Positions 34,641 to 45,346 of a DNA stretch of 64,000 bases are shown piece after piece. The stretch spans positions 14,231 to 78,230 of the forward strand of contig DBFWXD010000461.1 of assembly GCA_048215895.1 (NCBI GenBank), written 5' to 3'. How positions within the stretch are numbered: position 1 is the first letter of the stretch; each line of letters starts with the position of its first letter. The translations under genes were made by a program, and so were the position numbers. The DNA is from Eubacteriales bacterium. GTDB taxonomy: Bacteria; Bacillota; Clostridia; Oscillospirales; Oscillospiraceae. The notes under the pieces are model-generated. The model saw only the letters and a list, made by a program, of their open reading frames with translations. It had not been told where the DNA came from and did no database searches.

Positions 34641-36522
34641 GGTTGCGCTCCTTCTCTGTATCCGTACGCAGGTCGACGGATTTCGGCTGCTCTGGGTCGT
34701 TTTTGTCATTTCGCGGACCATCGGATGCAGGAGCCGAGTCTGTGTCAACGGTCTCAGCCTGAACTGCCGTCTGATTACGGACATGTGCATCGATGGCTTC
34801 CTCCAGCTCACTCTTGCTGGCATATGCCACCTTTCGCGCAGCTTTCTCCGGCAGGACATAGGGTTCTCCGAAGGTGATGCCCCATTCCAGAAAGAGCCGC
34901 AGGCGGGTTCGCATGGGGTGCGAACCTGTCTTCATCACAATAAACTGCCCCTTGGGGATAGACTTGAGTTCGTCCGGTGTCATCAGTGGTCGTTCGATCA
35001 TCTGGAGTGACTGACTGGGATCGTTCTTTCCTCGACTGATGGAACCGCTCATGACCGTTCGGTTCCCAAGGGCCTTGGACAGCACCTCCGCAGTCTGGCT
35101 GTTAGGTGCAAAACCGCCGAAGATGGTGTCCTGCACGTTATCCTGAATAATCTCCGCACCCTCCTTGCCGTAGTTCTTCTCCAGCTGAGCAAGGCTTTGG
35201 ATGATTGGTACCAACGTCAACTTTCGGGACCGACCGGCAGAAAAGAGGGGCAAGATGTCAAAGGCAGGCATAGTGCCCAGCTCGTCGCAGAACAGTACCA
35301 CACGATTTTTCAGCTTACCGCCATTTTCATCTGCAACCGCAAACAATTCCCGGCTGAGGGTCTGGATCATAAGGCCCGCCATAAAATTCTTGCTGGGATC
35401 CTCTTCAGGGAGAATGAGAAAAATGGCGGACTTTCTACTGGCGAAGGACTCAGCGTTGATGGCACTGTCAAAGCAGAGAACCTGCTCCAGCTCCGAATCC
35501 AAAAAAGCGTTGAGCCGGGATAGGACCGTGGACATGACAGACATCATCGCCTGATCCGCACTGTTCAAAGCCGCCCCAGCAAACCATCTGGCTTTGTGGG
35601 TGTCGGGCAGCTTGTTCATCAGCATTTGGAAACCGTTTTTCCCTTTTGGGGATTTACTGGGTGCCAGGAGGTCCTGCACTAGCTTAAACACGCTGACGAT
35701 GTGCCGCCGCTCTGTCTCGGTTTCCTTGTCAGGGGGCAGGTACTCCGCCAGAAGCAGAACCACAGCGGTGAGCAGGCCCTCAGCGGCGTCATAGAAGAAG
35801 GCGTTCTGTCCGTACTGAGAGGCATCTCCATCCGGATTGACGATGGTCTTAGCGAGGATCTTGGCATACTTCTCCGCCTTGGCGCGGGCGGCAATGTTTT
35901 CAGAATTCTCCCGGCAGATATCCATGTAGTGATTGATGAGAGTCAGCAGATTGTATCCGTCTGATCGAGTGGGATTCCGCAGGTCTATGACCGCCACCTG
36001 ATAGCCGTAGCACCGAGCGGCGATGGTTCCGTAGTTTCGCGCCAGATCTCCCTTGGTATCCAGCGCCAGAAAACTCATCCCGCAGGCACAGGCGTACTCC
36101 AGATTGGGATAGAGAAAGAAGGCTGTCTTACCGATGCCGGATGCGCCGATCATCAGGCAGTGGATATCGTCGGTATCCACCAGCGCTTGAATGGCAGGGT
36201 GCTTAGAGTCATTCGTTTTCTGCTTGAATATCTTGGTCCTTAGTGAACCGACGGATGGTCCGCTCACACATCCAAGCACCAATCCTTGATCGGTAGGAAG
36301 ATCCTTTCCTTTACGCCACACCTCGGGACGAAACGGGATGTGCTTGAAGGTCTGCTGGATTTCCTTTTTGGAGGCCCATCGAGCAGTGCCGTGCTGACCA
36401 TCTCCCACGGTCTTGGATTTGATGTGGTCCAGATTTCCCTGGCCGGTTGTGTGAGAAACAATGGCAATCAGCAAAAAAGCGCCGCCCATGATCAAAAGGG
36501 GAATGATCGATTCTATCGTCAT
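34627..36522 (-). CDS. virD4: Type IV coupling protein VirD4/TraG
   Basis: N-terminal TM, GQHGTARWA, GASGIGKT, DTKGDL, CDELG, QSLAQLEKNYG. Confidence 0.92.
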   Translation of the reverse strand: MTIESIIPLLIMGGAFLLIAIVSHTTGQGNLDHIKSKTVGDGQHGTARWASKKEIQQTFKHIPFRPEVWRKGKDLPTDQGLVLGCVSGPSVGSLRTKIFKQKTNDSKHPAIQALVDTDDIHCLMIGASGIGKTAFFLYPNLEYACACGMSFLALDTKGDLARNYGTIAARCYGYQVAVIDLRNPTRSDGYNLLTLINHYMDICRENSENIAARAKAEKYAKILAKTIVNPDGDASQYGQNAFFYDAAEGLLTAVVLLLAEYLPPDKETETERRHIVSVFKLVQDLLAPSKSPKGKNGFQMLMNKLPDTHKARWFAGAALNSADQAMMSVMSTVLSRLNAFLDSELEQVLCFDSAINAESFASRKSAIFLILPEEDPSKNFMAGLMIQTLSRELFAVADENGGKLKNRVVLFCDELGTMPAFDILPLFSAGRSRKLTLVPIIQSLAQLEKNYGKEGAEIIQDNVQDTIFGGFAPNSQTAEVLSKALGNRTVMSGSISRGKNDPSQSLQMIERPLMTPDELKSIPKGQFIVMKTGSHPMRTRLRLFLEWGITFGEPYVLPEKAARKVAYASKSELEEAIDAHVRNQTAVQAETVDTDSAPASDGPRNDKNDPEQPKSVDLRTDTEKERNHGTF

Positions 36523-36526
36523 GGCC

Positions 36527-37450
36527 TCACCCCATTTGCTGGACCATCTGTACAGCATGATCCTGTTCGGCCAGTTTGGTCAAGTCATCATTCCAGTCCT
36601 TGTTCTCTGGTATCAGGCGGCTTGAGGCAATCTCAAACTGCTCTGCAATCTGCTCGGCCAGGCGAAGACTGGCGGTATGGCCTGCTTTATCATTGTCCAG
36701 GCAGAGAGACACATCCCGAAGGCCGGGATTGTGTTCCAGCATCCAGAGCACAGGCAGGCTGGAGGTTCCGCAGCAGGCCACGTAGCTGTGCTGCTGCCAG
36801 TCCTCTGGGTAGAGTGTGATATAGGAGAGCAAATCGATAGGCCCTTCAAACACATAGAGCCGGTCACTGACACCAGTCCAATGGAAGCTGCACCGCGGGT
36901 CACTGCCCTCCACATTGATGCGGAAGGTCTTGCCTGTGTCATGGGTGCTTCGCTTGTGGGCATGACGGGCAACGCCGTGTTCATCCTTCCCGACGAACAC
37001 GGCGTTGTGGTATTTTTCGTCTTCGTAGATCAGTCCCACATGGACGAATGCGTTCAGCACCTCCCGCTGGATGCGTCGTTTTTTGAGCAGATAGGCATAG
37101 ACCCGGCGCATGGTGTAGTTGGCAGGCGGCAACTCGAACTGCTTCTTTTCCACCTCAGGCCGCTTTCCTGCTGGTGAGCAAGCTCCTGCCGACAGTCCAT
37201 CCAGCAGAAGCGTGACGGCATCCGGATAGCTGAGGTGGTAAAATGTCTGCGCGAAGGAAATCGGGCCTCCGCCTTTTTCCGCCTCGTGGTCGTACCACTC
37301 ATTCCCCCGGACAGTGATGCTGTGGTCGCTGTCCAGCCGCTTTTCATGACCGGATGGCAGCAGCTTCTCTCCACGATGCCGCAAGAATTCCACCAAGTCC
37401 ACAGAGGCGGCAAGCCGTTTTTGCTCCTCGGTAAAGTGGATGTAGGGCAT
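36527..37450 (-). CDS. DUF3991/TOPRIM primase-like protein
   Basis: YLLKKRRI, VFEGPIDLLSY, CLDNDKAG, KDWNDDL. Confidence 0.85.
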   Translation of the reverse strand: MPYIHFTEEQKRLAASVDLVEFLRHRGEKLLPSGHEKRLDSDHSITVRGNEWYDHEAEKGGGPISFAQTFYHLSYPDAVTLLLDGLSAGACSPAGKRPEVEKKQFELPPANYTMRRVYAYLLKKRRIQREVLNAFVHVGLIYEDEKYHNAVFVGKDEHGVARHAHKRSTHDTGKTFRINVEGSDPRCSFHWTGVSDRLYVFEGPIDLLSYITLYPEDWQQHSYVACCGTSSLPVLWMLEHNPGLRDVSLCLDNDKAGHTASLRLAEQIAEQFEIASSRLIPENKDWNDDLTKLAEQDHAVQMVQQMG

Positions 37451-37476
37451 GATCGTTCACCTCATTTCTGATTTTA

Positions 37477-39393
37477 TCAACTCATACGTATCTCCTGATT
37501 TTCGTGGTCATCCGGCTTGTGGCCCATGGCGATTTTCTTCTCCCGGATGCGCTGGCGCAGCTTACTGTCTGTGAACTGGATAGAGGCAATGGGTCCTCTG
37601 GTCGACTGCTCCTGGAATATCCTGCTCATGTGGTGCAGGAGGCGTGTAGCCACCGACAGCACAGAGGGGCCACGGAGGTGTTTCATCCGTTCCAGGGTTG
37701 CGTGGGCAGCCTCATTTCCTTGCACTGCGGACTGCTTCAGCCAACGAACAGCGGTATCATAATCCGGCGACACCTGCTCTCCCAGCAGGTATAGTTTCCC
37801 TAATGCGTACTGGGCATATTGATTTCCACCCTCAGCAGCGTCGGTGAGCCAGCGGACCGCCTCTGTACCACAGTCGGCATCTCCGCTCTCCAGCAGAAGT
37901 TTGCCTAGACGGTACTGGGCCAGAGTATCTCCCAACTCAGCGGCCTGCTGAAACCAGCGCATCGAGGTTGGGAGATCATCTACCTCCAGATAGAGTTTGC
38001 CAAGGGCATACATGGCGCGACAGTCCCCCTGTTTCGCCGCCTGAGTCAACCAGATTACCGAGCGGAGACGATTTTTCTCCACGGGGCCACCGTCTCGGTA
38101 GAGTCGCCCCAGCGTATACTGTGCCGTGGCTTGGCCTTCTTCTGCCGCATGTGTCAACTGCTCTAAGAGAATTTGGACTTGCTCAGGAGGTGTATCGTCC
38201 GCAGTGAGTGTCTGCCATTCCGTGGAGGAGATCACTGGCTCGTCAGCTTCTAGCAGCGGAAACACAGTGCCAATCTCGCCTAACCGTACTGCCTCTTGGA
38301 TTAAAAGGTTATGAATCTGACGGAATTCCTTTTGTCTGGACAGCGGGAGGTGCTTCGGCAGGTCTTTCCGATAGGTCCTGAGAACCTCATTCCGGAGATC
38401 ATACCACAGTGCGTAAGCCTGGGAGATCCGCGCATCCTTTTGCAGCTCGTCCACGATCTCATCCACCACAGACTTCAGCGGTGCCTTCAAATATCCGTAC
38501 TGCTTCTTGCCCTTGGAGACCTTTAGTTGACCGGACAGGTATACCATGAGCTGCTCGATCCTGGAATTCTCTAGAGTGCCGTTTTGCATTTGATCCGTGA
38601 TCTTCTGCAGGAGTTCTCGAGCGTCCTCGGTGAGTTCATTCCTGCGCATCGTCTGCTGGCCATATAGCTCGTGGAGTTCCTGTCGGAAAATCTCCTTTGC
38701 TAAACCTGCCTTGATATTCTCGATGCCCTCTGCGGTGAGATAGCCGGACTTTCCATCTGCACTGAAGCAGACCATGTGCAGATGAGGGTGGTGGGCTTCA
38801 TCGTGAAAGGCGGCGTACCAACGGAACTGTTCTACGGGGATCTTCATGGCTTCTGCCATCTCAGGCGCAAACCCAGTGAGCAATTCCCGCCACTGTGCTG
38901 CGTCGTCATAGCCCAACCGTGCGGCATCCTCTCTGCGCAGGGAGATGATTGGGAGCCAGATGTTGCCGGGATGATGTGCTACTGCGTCAGCAATCTGAGA
39001 CAGGATCAGTGGATCATCTGTGTCAGTAAACAGTGCATGGCTTCCTCTTCGCTGGGCTCGTGGCCGGCTGGCGATGTAGTCCACATAGTTTTCCCGTTTG
39101 GCGATCTGGTCAGCGTTGTCCTCCAGCGCACGGGCGATGAAATCGCTGGCATTGCCCTGGGTGGGCGCTGCCACGTAGTCCTCGTACTCAAACAGCCCAC
39201 GGCTCAACGGGAAATCCCGAAGGATCCGCTCTACCAACTGCTTCTGCGATAGTGTAACAGGACACCGTGCAAGATCTGGGGAGAGGTGCTGCGCGCCTTC
39301 TCTGGTCGCCATGTATCGCACATAGTTGCTCAGATGGGAGGCGCTTTTCGCGCCTCCCTTAAGATACGGACACTTGAATATGATCCGCGGCAT
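37477..39393 (-). CDS. Relaxase (MobP3-like) with C-terminal SEL1 repeats
   Basis: YVRYMATREG, YVDYIASRP, WYAAFHDEAHHPHLH; AQYxLGxLY repeats. Confidence 0.88.
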   Translation of the reverse strand: MPRIIFKCPYLKGGAKSASHLSNYVRYMATREGAQHLSPDLARCPVTLSQKQLVERILRDFPLSRGLFEYEDYVAAPTQGNASDFIARALEDNADQIAKRENYVDYIASRPRAQRRGSHALFTDTDDPLILSQIADAVAHHPGNIWLPIISLRREDAARLGYDDAAQWRELLTGFAPEMAEAMKIPVEQFRWYAAFHDEAHHPHLHMVCFSADGKSGYLTAEGIENIKAGLAKEIFRQELHELYGQQTMRRNELTEDARELLQKITDQMQNGTLENSRIEQLMVYLSGQLKVSKGKKQYGYLKAPLKSVVDEIVDELQKDARISQAYALWYDLRNEVLRTYRKDLPKHLPLSRQKEFRQIHNLLIQEAVRLGEIGTVFPLLEADEPVISSTEWQTLTADDTPPEQVQILLEQLTHAAEEGQATAQYTLGRLYRDGGPVEKNRLRSVIWLTQAAKQGDCRAMYALGKLYLEVDDLPTSMRWFQQAAELGDTLAQYRLGKLLLESGDADCGTEAVRWLTDAAEGGNQYAQYALGKLYLLGEQVSPDYDTAVRWLKQSAVQGNEAAHATLERMKHLRGPSVLSVATRLLHHMSRIFQEQSTRGPIASIQFTDSKLRQRIREKKIAMGHKPDDHENQEIRMS

Positions 39394-39410
39394 GGTACAT
39401 CACCGCCAAA

Positions 39411-39857
39411 TCACTTGCCGCCATTCTGGTAGTCTACTGCATCCTCCATGGTGATGCTGCCGTTGGTCTTTTTCACATTCTCAATGCAGCGTACCCGCAG
39501 TTCACGGAGCCGTGTTTCTGGAATATCCATAGCCGCCGCCAGCAGGTTCATCACCATATCCAGTTCCACCGCCAGCTTGAACAGCATGCGGCAAATCCGG
39601 TTCTCTGTGTCGCGCACGATTCCCCGCATGACCTTGGAGAGTGCGGGTGGGAGATATGCCGTGGCGTCCTGTCCAGAAATATATCCGGCATAGAACAGAG
39701 CTGCGCGTTCCAGATACTCGCTGCGGCTTTTGCAGTTGGCGGTTTCCGTCGCACGGTCAATCACCTCCAGTGTGGAAGGATAAAGCCAGACAGGGATGCG
39801 GGTTTTAACCTCCTCACGGGGTTCATTATCTCCGAATAACAGTTTTGCCTTTTTCAT
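39411..39857 (-). CDS. Ribbon-helix-helix relaxosome accessory protein (MobC-like)
   Basis: IPVWLYPSTL...NCKSRSEYLERA; directly upstream of the relaxase. Confidence 0.65.
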   Translation of the reverse strand: MKKAKLLFGDNEPREEVKTRIPVWLYPSTLEVIDRATETANCKSRSEYLERAALFYAGYISGQDATAYLPPALSKVMRGIVRDTENRICRMLFKLAVELDMVMNLLAAAMDIPETRLRELRVRCIENVKKTNGSITMEDAVDYQNGGK

Positions 39858-40234
39858 GGGAGTTTTCCTCCTTTTCATCTGAAAACCACCTATTACAGCC
39901 ACCTTGGCAATGGCCAAATCAAGGTGTTTTTTCGCCATAATTTCATTTTCCGACCACCTGCCACAGCCTGCAGAGCGTCAAACCGACCACCTTGTCCATC
40001 GGCCCCGACCCGCATTGCGGGGCGGTGTGAGAGGCAGGAGGCGCGAAAGCGACCACCTGCCTTTATCCAGCACTAAAATCGACCGCGCCAAGCGCACGAC
40101 TCCAAGCGTCGCTGGTGTTGGCGTACACGCCCGCACAGGAGGGCGTATACCACTTAGCGGTGCTAGGATGTTACCCAGCTCAGAAAGTGGGCACACAACG
40201 GGCCACAGGGCTGCACGGGCGGAACAGCACGGTA

Positions 40235-41263
40235 TCACATACGCAGCTCCTGTCCCTGCCGCAGTTCGGGCAGATAGTCTGCACAGCATTGCTCCAGGCT
40301 TTGGCCCCACTGCTGCTGACAGTACTCCTCCATCTTGGGGAGCAGGAGCGCCTGCTCCTCCGGTGAGAGACGGTACTTGAGCGCCTGCTCATCACCGTTG
40401 GCCAGCACCAGATAGACATCCAGCGTATCACAGACAGATCGTTCATCCATGTCGTAATTGGCGTAGATGTTCAGCCAGTCATCATTCTCGGTGCTGCAGA
40501 CATTTGTACCGAAGACCTTGTCCGCATCAAAGTTCACCTCCATGTAGAACTCCAACAGGTTTTCATTCTGGACGATTTCGTTGGCGAAGGAGATGTCGCC
40601 TGCCTGGAGTGTTCGGATGCCGGTGAGATACACTGGCTCTGCCTGTGTGAGCTGCTTACCGCTCAGGTGATCCAGGAACACCCGCCACCGTTCATCCATA
40701 GAAGCGTCACTGCGCTTGGAGGCGAAGTAGACAGCGGTGCTCACATCCTTGATCCGGAAGCATTGCCAGCCGTCCATGATGTTCAGCGCGTCAATAAGTC
40801 CCTTGTCCAAATCGATGTCGAAGGCCCCGGTCACTCTCCCAGTGTTCTCCATCCGCTCAGCGGTGTAGGTACGGAACTGCTCCTGAGTAATCTGTCTGCC
40901 GCGAGAGAACAGTCCTGTAAATTTTATCGGTTGTGCTTCCGGGGCCTTTCGGATGTAGGCTCTCAGTTTTGATGCGGTCTGGAGAAACTCCAAGGGTTCT
41001 TCCACCTGCAAATAGTTCTCCTCACCGTACTCCGTCACATGGAAGACAGCGAAGCGTCGGTTGGCCTCTTGCTCTTGCCTGCGGAGCTGGTTCTCCTGCC
41101 AGATCTCTCGACTGATCCGCTCATACTCCCGCTGAGGGAGTTGGTTGCACATCTCGTCCACCACATCCTCCAGATGCTCTTCCAGCGTTTCGCCTTGCAG
41201 TTGCTTGCTCAGTGCGTCGTACCACCGCTCGTCGATCCAGAACGATATCTCTCTGCTGCTCAT
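40235..41263 (-). CDS. Hypothetical ICE protein
   Basis: 342-aa ORF coupled to the upstream gene. Confidence 0.75.
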   Translation of the reverse strand: MSSREISFWIDERWYDALSKQLQGETLEEHLEDVVDEMCNQLPQREYERISREIWQENQLRRQEQEANRRFAVFHVTEYGEENYLQVEEPLEFLQTASKLRAYIRKAPEAQPIKFTGLFSRGRQITQEQFRTYTAERMENTGRVTGAFDIDLDKGLIDALNIMDGWQCFRIKDVSTAVYFASKRSDASMDERWRVFLDHLSGKQLTQAEPVYLTGIRTLQAGDISFANEIVQNENLLEFYMEVNFDADKVFGTNVCSTENDDWLNIYANYDMDERSVCDTLDVYLVLANGDEQALKYRLSPEEQALLLPKMEEYCQQQWGQSLEQCCADYLPELRQGQELRM

Positions 41264-41526
41264 GGCTCCTCCTTCCCAAATTCAGGCACGGGAGCCGCCG
41301 CAGGCTGGGTCGAACGGCTGGGCTTGGGTGTCCGCTTTGGCCGTGCCGGAACAGTCTTCCGGTCGATGTACTCCCGTACTTCCTCCGGAACCAGCGTCTC
41401 ATAGAGCTGTCCCAGAGCTGCTTCCATTTTCTTCTGTACGGTAGAGTCCTCTTTCTTGAGATAGAACTCCATCGCTTCCACTCTCTCGTCGTCATAGGAG
41501 AGTGTGATCTCAACCTTCTGCACCAT
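41260..41526 (-). CDS. Small ICE protein (DUF6103-like)
   Basis: LYETLVPEEVREYID. Confidence 0.7.
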   Translation of the reverse strand: MVQKVEITLSYDDERVEAMEFYLKKEDSTVQKKMEAALGQLYETLVPEEVREYIDRKTVPARPKRTPKPSRSTQPAAAPVPEFGKEEP

Positions 41527-41542
41527 TTGTTTCTCCTTTCAG

Positions 41543-42610
41543 TCATGGTAGATAACTTCTGGGGTTGACCCGGCTGCCGTTAACACGCACCTCGAAATGA
41601 AGGTGAGGGCCGGTGGAGCGTCCTGTGGAGCCGGACATGGCAACCACTGTCCCGGCCTCAACCGCACGGCCCACCGATACCATCAGCTGAGAGCAGTGTC
41701 CGTACAGGGTGGTGAGTCCATTGCCGTGGTCGATCATGACATAGTATCCGTATCCGCCCTGGTCATAACTGGACACGGTCACCGTCCCCGATAGGGCGGC
41801 GCGGATGGGTGTGCCTGTGGGGACAGCTAAATCAATGCCGGTGTGGCCGCGCTGCTGCCCGGTGATTGGATCGATGCGGTTTCCAAACTCAGACGTGACC
41901 ACAGTTCTCCAGTGCTCCCCGATGGGAGAGCAGAACCCATCCGCGCCAATGAAGGGAACATCGGAACCAGCGAATCCGCTGCCACTGCCGGTGTAGCCGT
42001 ACCGGAGCAGACTGTAGACGCTGTCGGCATTGGCCTGCTGCTCTGGTGTCACTTCGTTCCCGGTGACAGTGACGATATTTTCATAGATCTGCATGAGGTC
42101 TGTGATCGGCACAGCAACGGTATAGGTCTCCTCGGTTTCCGTGGTAGTACCATCCTCATTCTCTGAGGTAACTGTCCTGATCCGCTCCTCATAGGTGACG
42201 AAGCAGTCGGTGAATCTCTGGAGATCCTGACTGGCCGGATCTGTCGTGCCGAAGTACAGCGCATAGAAAATAGCTTTGATCCGAATTACATCAAGATCTT
42301 TCTCTCCCTCTACCAGACTGCCGACTTGTGAGGTTACAGTATCCAACTGCGTCAGGGTATTTCGCATCTCCTCAATACAGGCCCTGTACTCAGCAGGGCC
42401 GCCGGCAGGAATCGTGCCGCCATAGAAGCACAGCTCCACAGCGGAGCGGTTGTGATCCGCAGCCCCCGAACCCAGAGAACAGAAAAAGGCTACGAGAAGG
42501 ATCGCGGGCGAGAGGATTGCAGCCACCACCCAGCCGATGGTTTTCCGACCCTTCTCACTGGAGAGGGCCATGGCAGCGGCTTTAGCCAGTGCGGCGGCAG
42601 GGACAGCCAT
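41543..42610 (-). CDS. M23 peptidase, conjugative wall hydrolase
   Basis: HTGIDL, YGHC, STGPHLHFEV; N-terminal TM. Confidence 0.9.
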   Translation of the reverse strand: MAVPAAALAKAAAMALSSEKGRKTIGWVVAAILSPAILLVAFFCSLGSGAADHNRSAVELCFYGGTIPAGGPAEYRACIEEMRNTLTQLDTVTSQVGSLVEGEKDLDVIRIKAIFYALYFGTTDPASQDLQRFTDCFVTYEERIRTVTSENEDGTTTETEETYTVAVPITDLMQIYENIVTVTGNEVTPEQQANADSVYSLLRYGYTGSGSGFAGSDVPFIGADGFCSPIGEHWRTVVTSEFGNRIDPITGQQRGHTGIDLAVPTGTPIRAALSGTVTVSSYDQGGYGYYVMIDHGNGLTTLYGHCSQLMVSVGRAVEAGTVVAMSGSTGRSTGPHLHFEVRVNGSRVNPRSYLP

Positions 42611-44451
42611 CAGCGCCCGCCAGCCTTTCCAAACAGTACTTCCTTGTGAGGCGGTGCGTGGACCTCCAGCAGATACCGTTCGTTTCCACACTTATACAGG
42701 CAGACACCCCGCTGGGCGTACCGGATGAGTTCAAATTCCGCCGGCTCCAGTTGAAGGTTGTCCATGTAGAACCGCCCGTTGACACTGCCTGCATTGAACA
42801 GGAACTGATGTGTTGGGATGGCGAACAGGGGTCTTGTCAGTTCCCGGATGCCCTGCACATCAAAGTCCTCCAGATTCTGAGAGGCTAGAATCATGGAGGA
42901 CTCTTTTTTTCGCACCCGCTTGAGGGTGTTGCGAATATATTCGATGGTAGTGAGGTTGCTCAGCCAGATGTACAGCTCATCCAGCGTGGCTACTGCGTTG
43001 CCCTCGGTGAGCAGACGGTCGCTGAGGTAGGAAAGCACATTGAAGAGCATGGCGTTTTTTACACCGCTGTTGGCCTGCAGCAGACCTTTGACACCGAAGA
43101 CCAGGAAACGGGAAGTGGTGATGTTGGTGGGTCCGTTGAAAAATTTACTCTCCGCACCGCGGCACATGGAGTGGAGTCCCAGCAGGATCTCCCGCAGCAG
43201 ATCACGGGTGTATAGCGGGTCTTCTTCACTGTTATAGGACTGATAGACTTCCTCAATCTGGTCATAGAGGTCGGAGAGGGTCGGGAAGTCCTCTGACTGT
43301 ATAAACTGCACATCGGTGTTGTCATCGATGCCCCACTTGGCATACAGGCGCTCCAGCATCAGCTCAATGGTGTCGATGTGCCGGTCTGCAAAGTCTTTGT
43401 AGCTGCGGAAAAAATCCTTCAGGAAGGAGATGTGCTGGCTGAGCCGGGTGTGCTGCCGGAAGGCAGCCGGTGCTTCCGGATCCTCCTCGTCATCCTCACT
43501 CCACAGTTTGGGCTGTAGTGGATTGATCCTGTACTGTCCGCTCATCAGGTCGATAAAGCATCCACCCAGTTGGCCGCAGAGTTCTATGAGTTCATGCTCC
43601 GGGTCCAGACAGAGGACAGACTTCCCGCTCTCCAGAATGTTGCACAGCAGCAGCTTCAAGAGGTAGCTTTTCCCTTGACCGGAGTTGCCCAGAATAAGGA
43701 CGCTGGCCGTAGTTTTATCCTCGGCTCTGCGGTCCAGATCCACAATAACATTGGAGCCGTAACGGTCCCGGCCAATATAGAAACCTTTGGGATCTGTCTT
43801 GCCGGAGTAGTTGAAGGGGAAGAGATTTGCCACCGATCCTGCAGGCAGTACACGCTCGAATTGGGTGGCGAACACATTGCGCCCGGCAGGGTTGACGGCG
43901 AGAAAGCCATCCCGCTGCCGCAGGAAGAGCCGGTCTGCTCCCAACTTGCTCCGCACCAACTCTGCGGAAACCTCATCCCGCAGTGCCCGCAGACTGTCCG
44001 GGTCTTTGGCGGTCAGTTCGATAAAGACTGCACAGTGGATCAGTGGCTCACTATTTTTTCTCATGGATGCAATGAGGGCGGCCACATCCTGGAGGTTGGC
44101 TTCCGCTGTGACCGCCTGCTTCATCCGGTTGGTACTGCCTCGGTCCATCCGGTTCTTGTTCTCGGCATTGTGGAGGATTTTTTCCTCCTCTGCAGAGGTT
44201 ACTTTCCGGGTATAGATGCGCAGGGTCACACCACTCTTTTCTCCAAGGTTTCGAAGCAGCGCCAGTTCCTCTGTGGTAGAGGGGTAACTTCGCAGTGCCA
44301 TCGTGCATCGGTAGAGATCGCCGCATACCGTATAATCCGTATTGAAGCGAACGGCGGAGGGTGCAATGAGATCCAGAAAATCTTTAGGCTGGAGCTCCGT
44401 GACGTTTGCTTGCACCGTTCGCTTCTTTTTCTTCTGCTTTTTCTTAGCCAT
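42610..44451 (-). CDS. virB4: VirB4-like ATPase
   Basis: GNSGQGKS, LDPEHE, LDELY, RVRKK, ASQN. Confidence 0.9.
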   Translation of the reverse strand: MAKKKQKKKKRTVQANVTELQPKDFLDLIAPSAVRFNTDYTVCGDLYRCTMALRSYPSTTEELALLRNLGEKSGVTLRIYTRKVTSAEEEKILHNAENKNRMDRGSTNRMKQAVTAEANLQDVAALIASMRKNSEPLIHCAVFIELTAKDPDSLRALRDEVSAELVRSKLGADRLFLRQRDGFLAVNPAGRNVFATQFERVLPAGSVANLFPFNYSGKTDPKGFYIGRDRYGSNVIVDLDRRAEDKTTASVLILGNSGQGKSYLLKLLLCNILESGKSVLCLDPEHELIELCGQLGGCFIDLMSGQYRINPLQPKLWSEDDEEDPEAPAAFRQHTRLSQHISFLKDFFRSYKDFADRHIDTIELMLERLYAKWGIDDNTDVQFIQSEDFPTLSDLYDQIEEVYQSYNSEEDPLYTRDLLREILLGLHSMCRGAESKFFNGPTNITTSRFLVFGVKGLLQANSGVKNAMLFNVLSYLSDRLLTEGNAVATLDELYIWLSNLTTIEYIRNTLKRVRKKESSMILASQNLEDFDVQGIRELTRPLFAIPTHQFLFNAGSVNGRFYMDNLQLEPAEFELIRYAQRGVCLYKCGNERYLLEVHAPPHKEVLFGKAGGR

Positions 44452-45028
44452 GGTCCTTCACCCACCTCTCTCCATCAAAGTCATCAAAGTGATCCGTAGT
44501 AACATCCTGCTGGTAGTACACAGCCAGGAGTCGTTTGATGTCCTGGGAATATGCCAACCGGACCTGAAAACCAAGATCCCGGATGCGCTTCTCGGTCTGG
44601 CGCAGATAGTTCTCATCCGTCTCACCACCGCTGCGTTCCGGACAGATCACGATGGCAAACTCCCGAGCGGAAGCGGTCCCGGCCTGGATATTGTCCAGAT
44701 GGATACTGTCTTGCCGCAGCAGTTCCCGTATGGCAGGCAATTCTTCCTGCTCCAGACGCAGACGGTACCAGTCCTTGTTGCGGCGGAAGGATTCTCGAGA
44801 GTCTAAGGCAAGCATCTGAATCTGCGGCATCGTACAGAGCAGCCGTGTCAATGCCATTACCCGGCCCCGGACACCATCCTCCGAAAGCACGGACAGATTA
44901 TCCGGCTTGATCAGATAGAAGACCAACTCCCCCTCAGATGTACGGATACCATGCTGTGTGAGTTGGCTGATCCCCATGAGCTGACGGGTAGACTGCCGCT
45001 GCCGCAGTTCTTTCTTCTGTTTATTCAA
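44444..45028 (-). CDS. Conjugation protein upstream of VirB4
   Basis: IKPDNLSVLS; TTG start after GGAGG; synteny. Confidence 0.7.
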   Translation of the reverse strand: MNKQKKELRQRQSTRQLMGISQLTQHGIRTSEGELVFYLIKPDNLSVLSEDGVRGRVMALTRLLCTMPQIQMLALDSRESFRRNKDWYRLRLEQEELPAIRELLRQDSIHLDNIQAGTASAREFAIVICPERSGGETDENYLRQTEKRIRDLGFQVRLAYSQDIKRLLAVYYQQDVTTDHFDDFDGERWVKDHG

Positions 45029-45296
45029 TTCTGGGCCTCCATTCGTAGTACTGCTGTTTCCACAGCAAAAATGCAAAGGCATAGCGCAAAAAATCCAGAA
45101 TGCTGGCCGACTCCACACGGATGCTGAGAAAGGCATAAAGCACCGTCACCACCATGGGTAACATAGTTCCGCTCTGTACCAATGCCAGAGCAGAAAATAA
45201 AAAGCCGACGCCGATGATTGCCACATCCCGCAGGGTCCAGAGCCAGAGCATTGCCCTTGCTTTCAAATCTTCAGGGTAGATATAAATGAGGAACAC
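45021..45296 (-). CDS. Small two-TM protein (VirB3/PrgI-like); start possibly ATT 45287
   Basis: YIYPEDLKA...two hydrophobic segments. Confidence 0.65.
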   Translation of the reverse strand: MFLIYIYPEDLKARAMLWLWTLRDVAIIGVGFLFSALALVQSGTMLPMVVTVLYAFLSIRVESASILDFLRYAFAFLLWKQQYYEWRPRIE

Positions 45297-45346
45297 CTCC
45301 TAAATAAAAACGCCGCAGGGATGACCTGCGGCGGCCTATGATCCGG

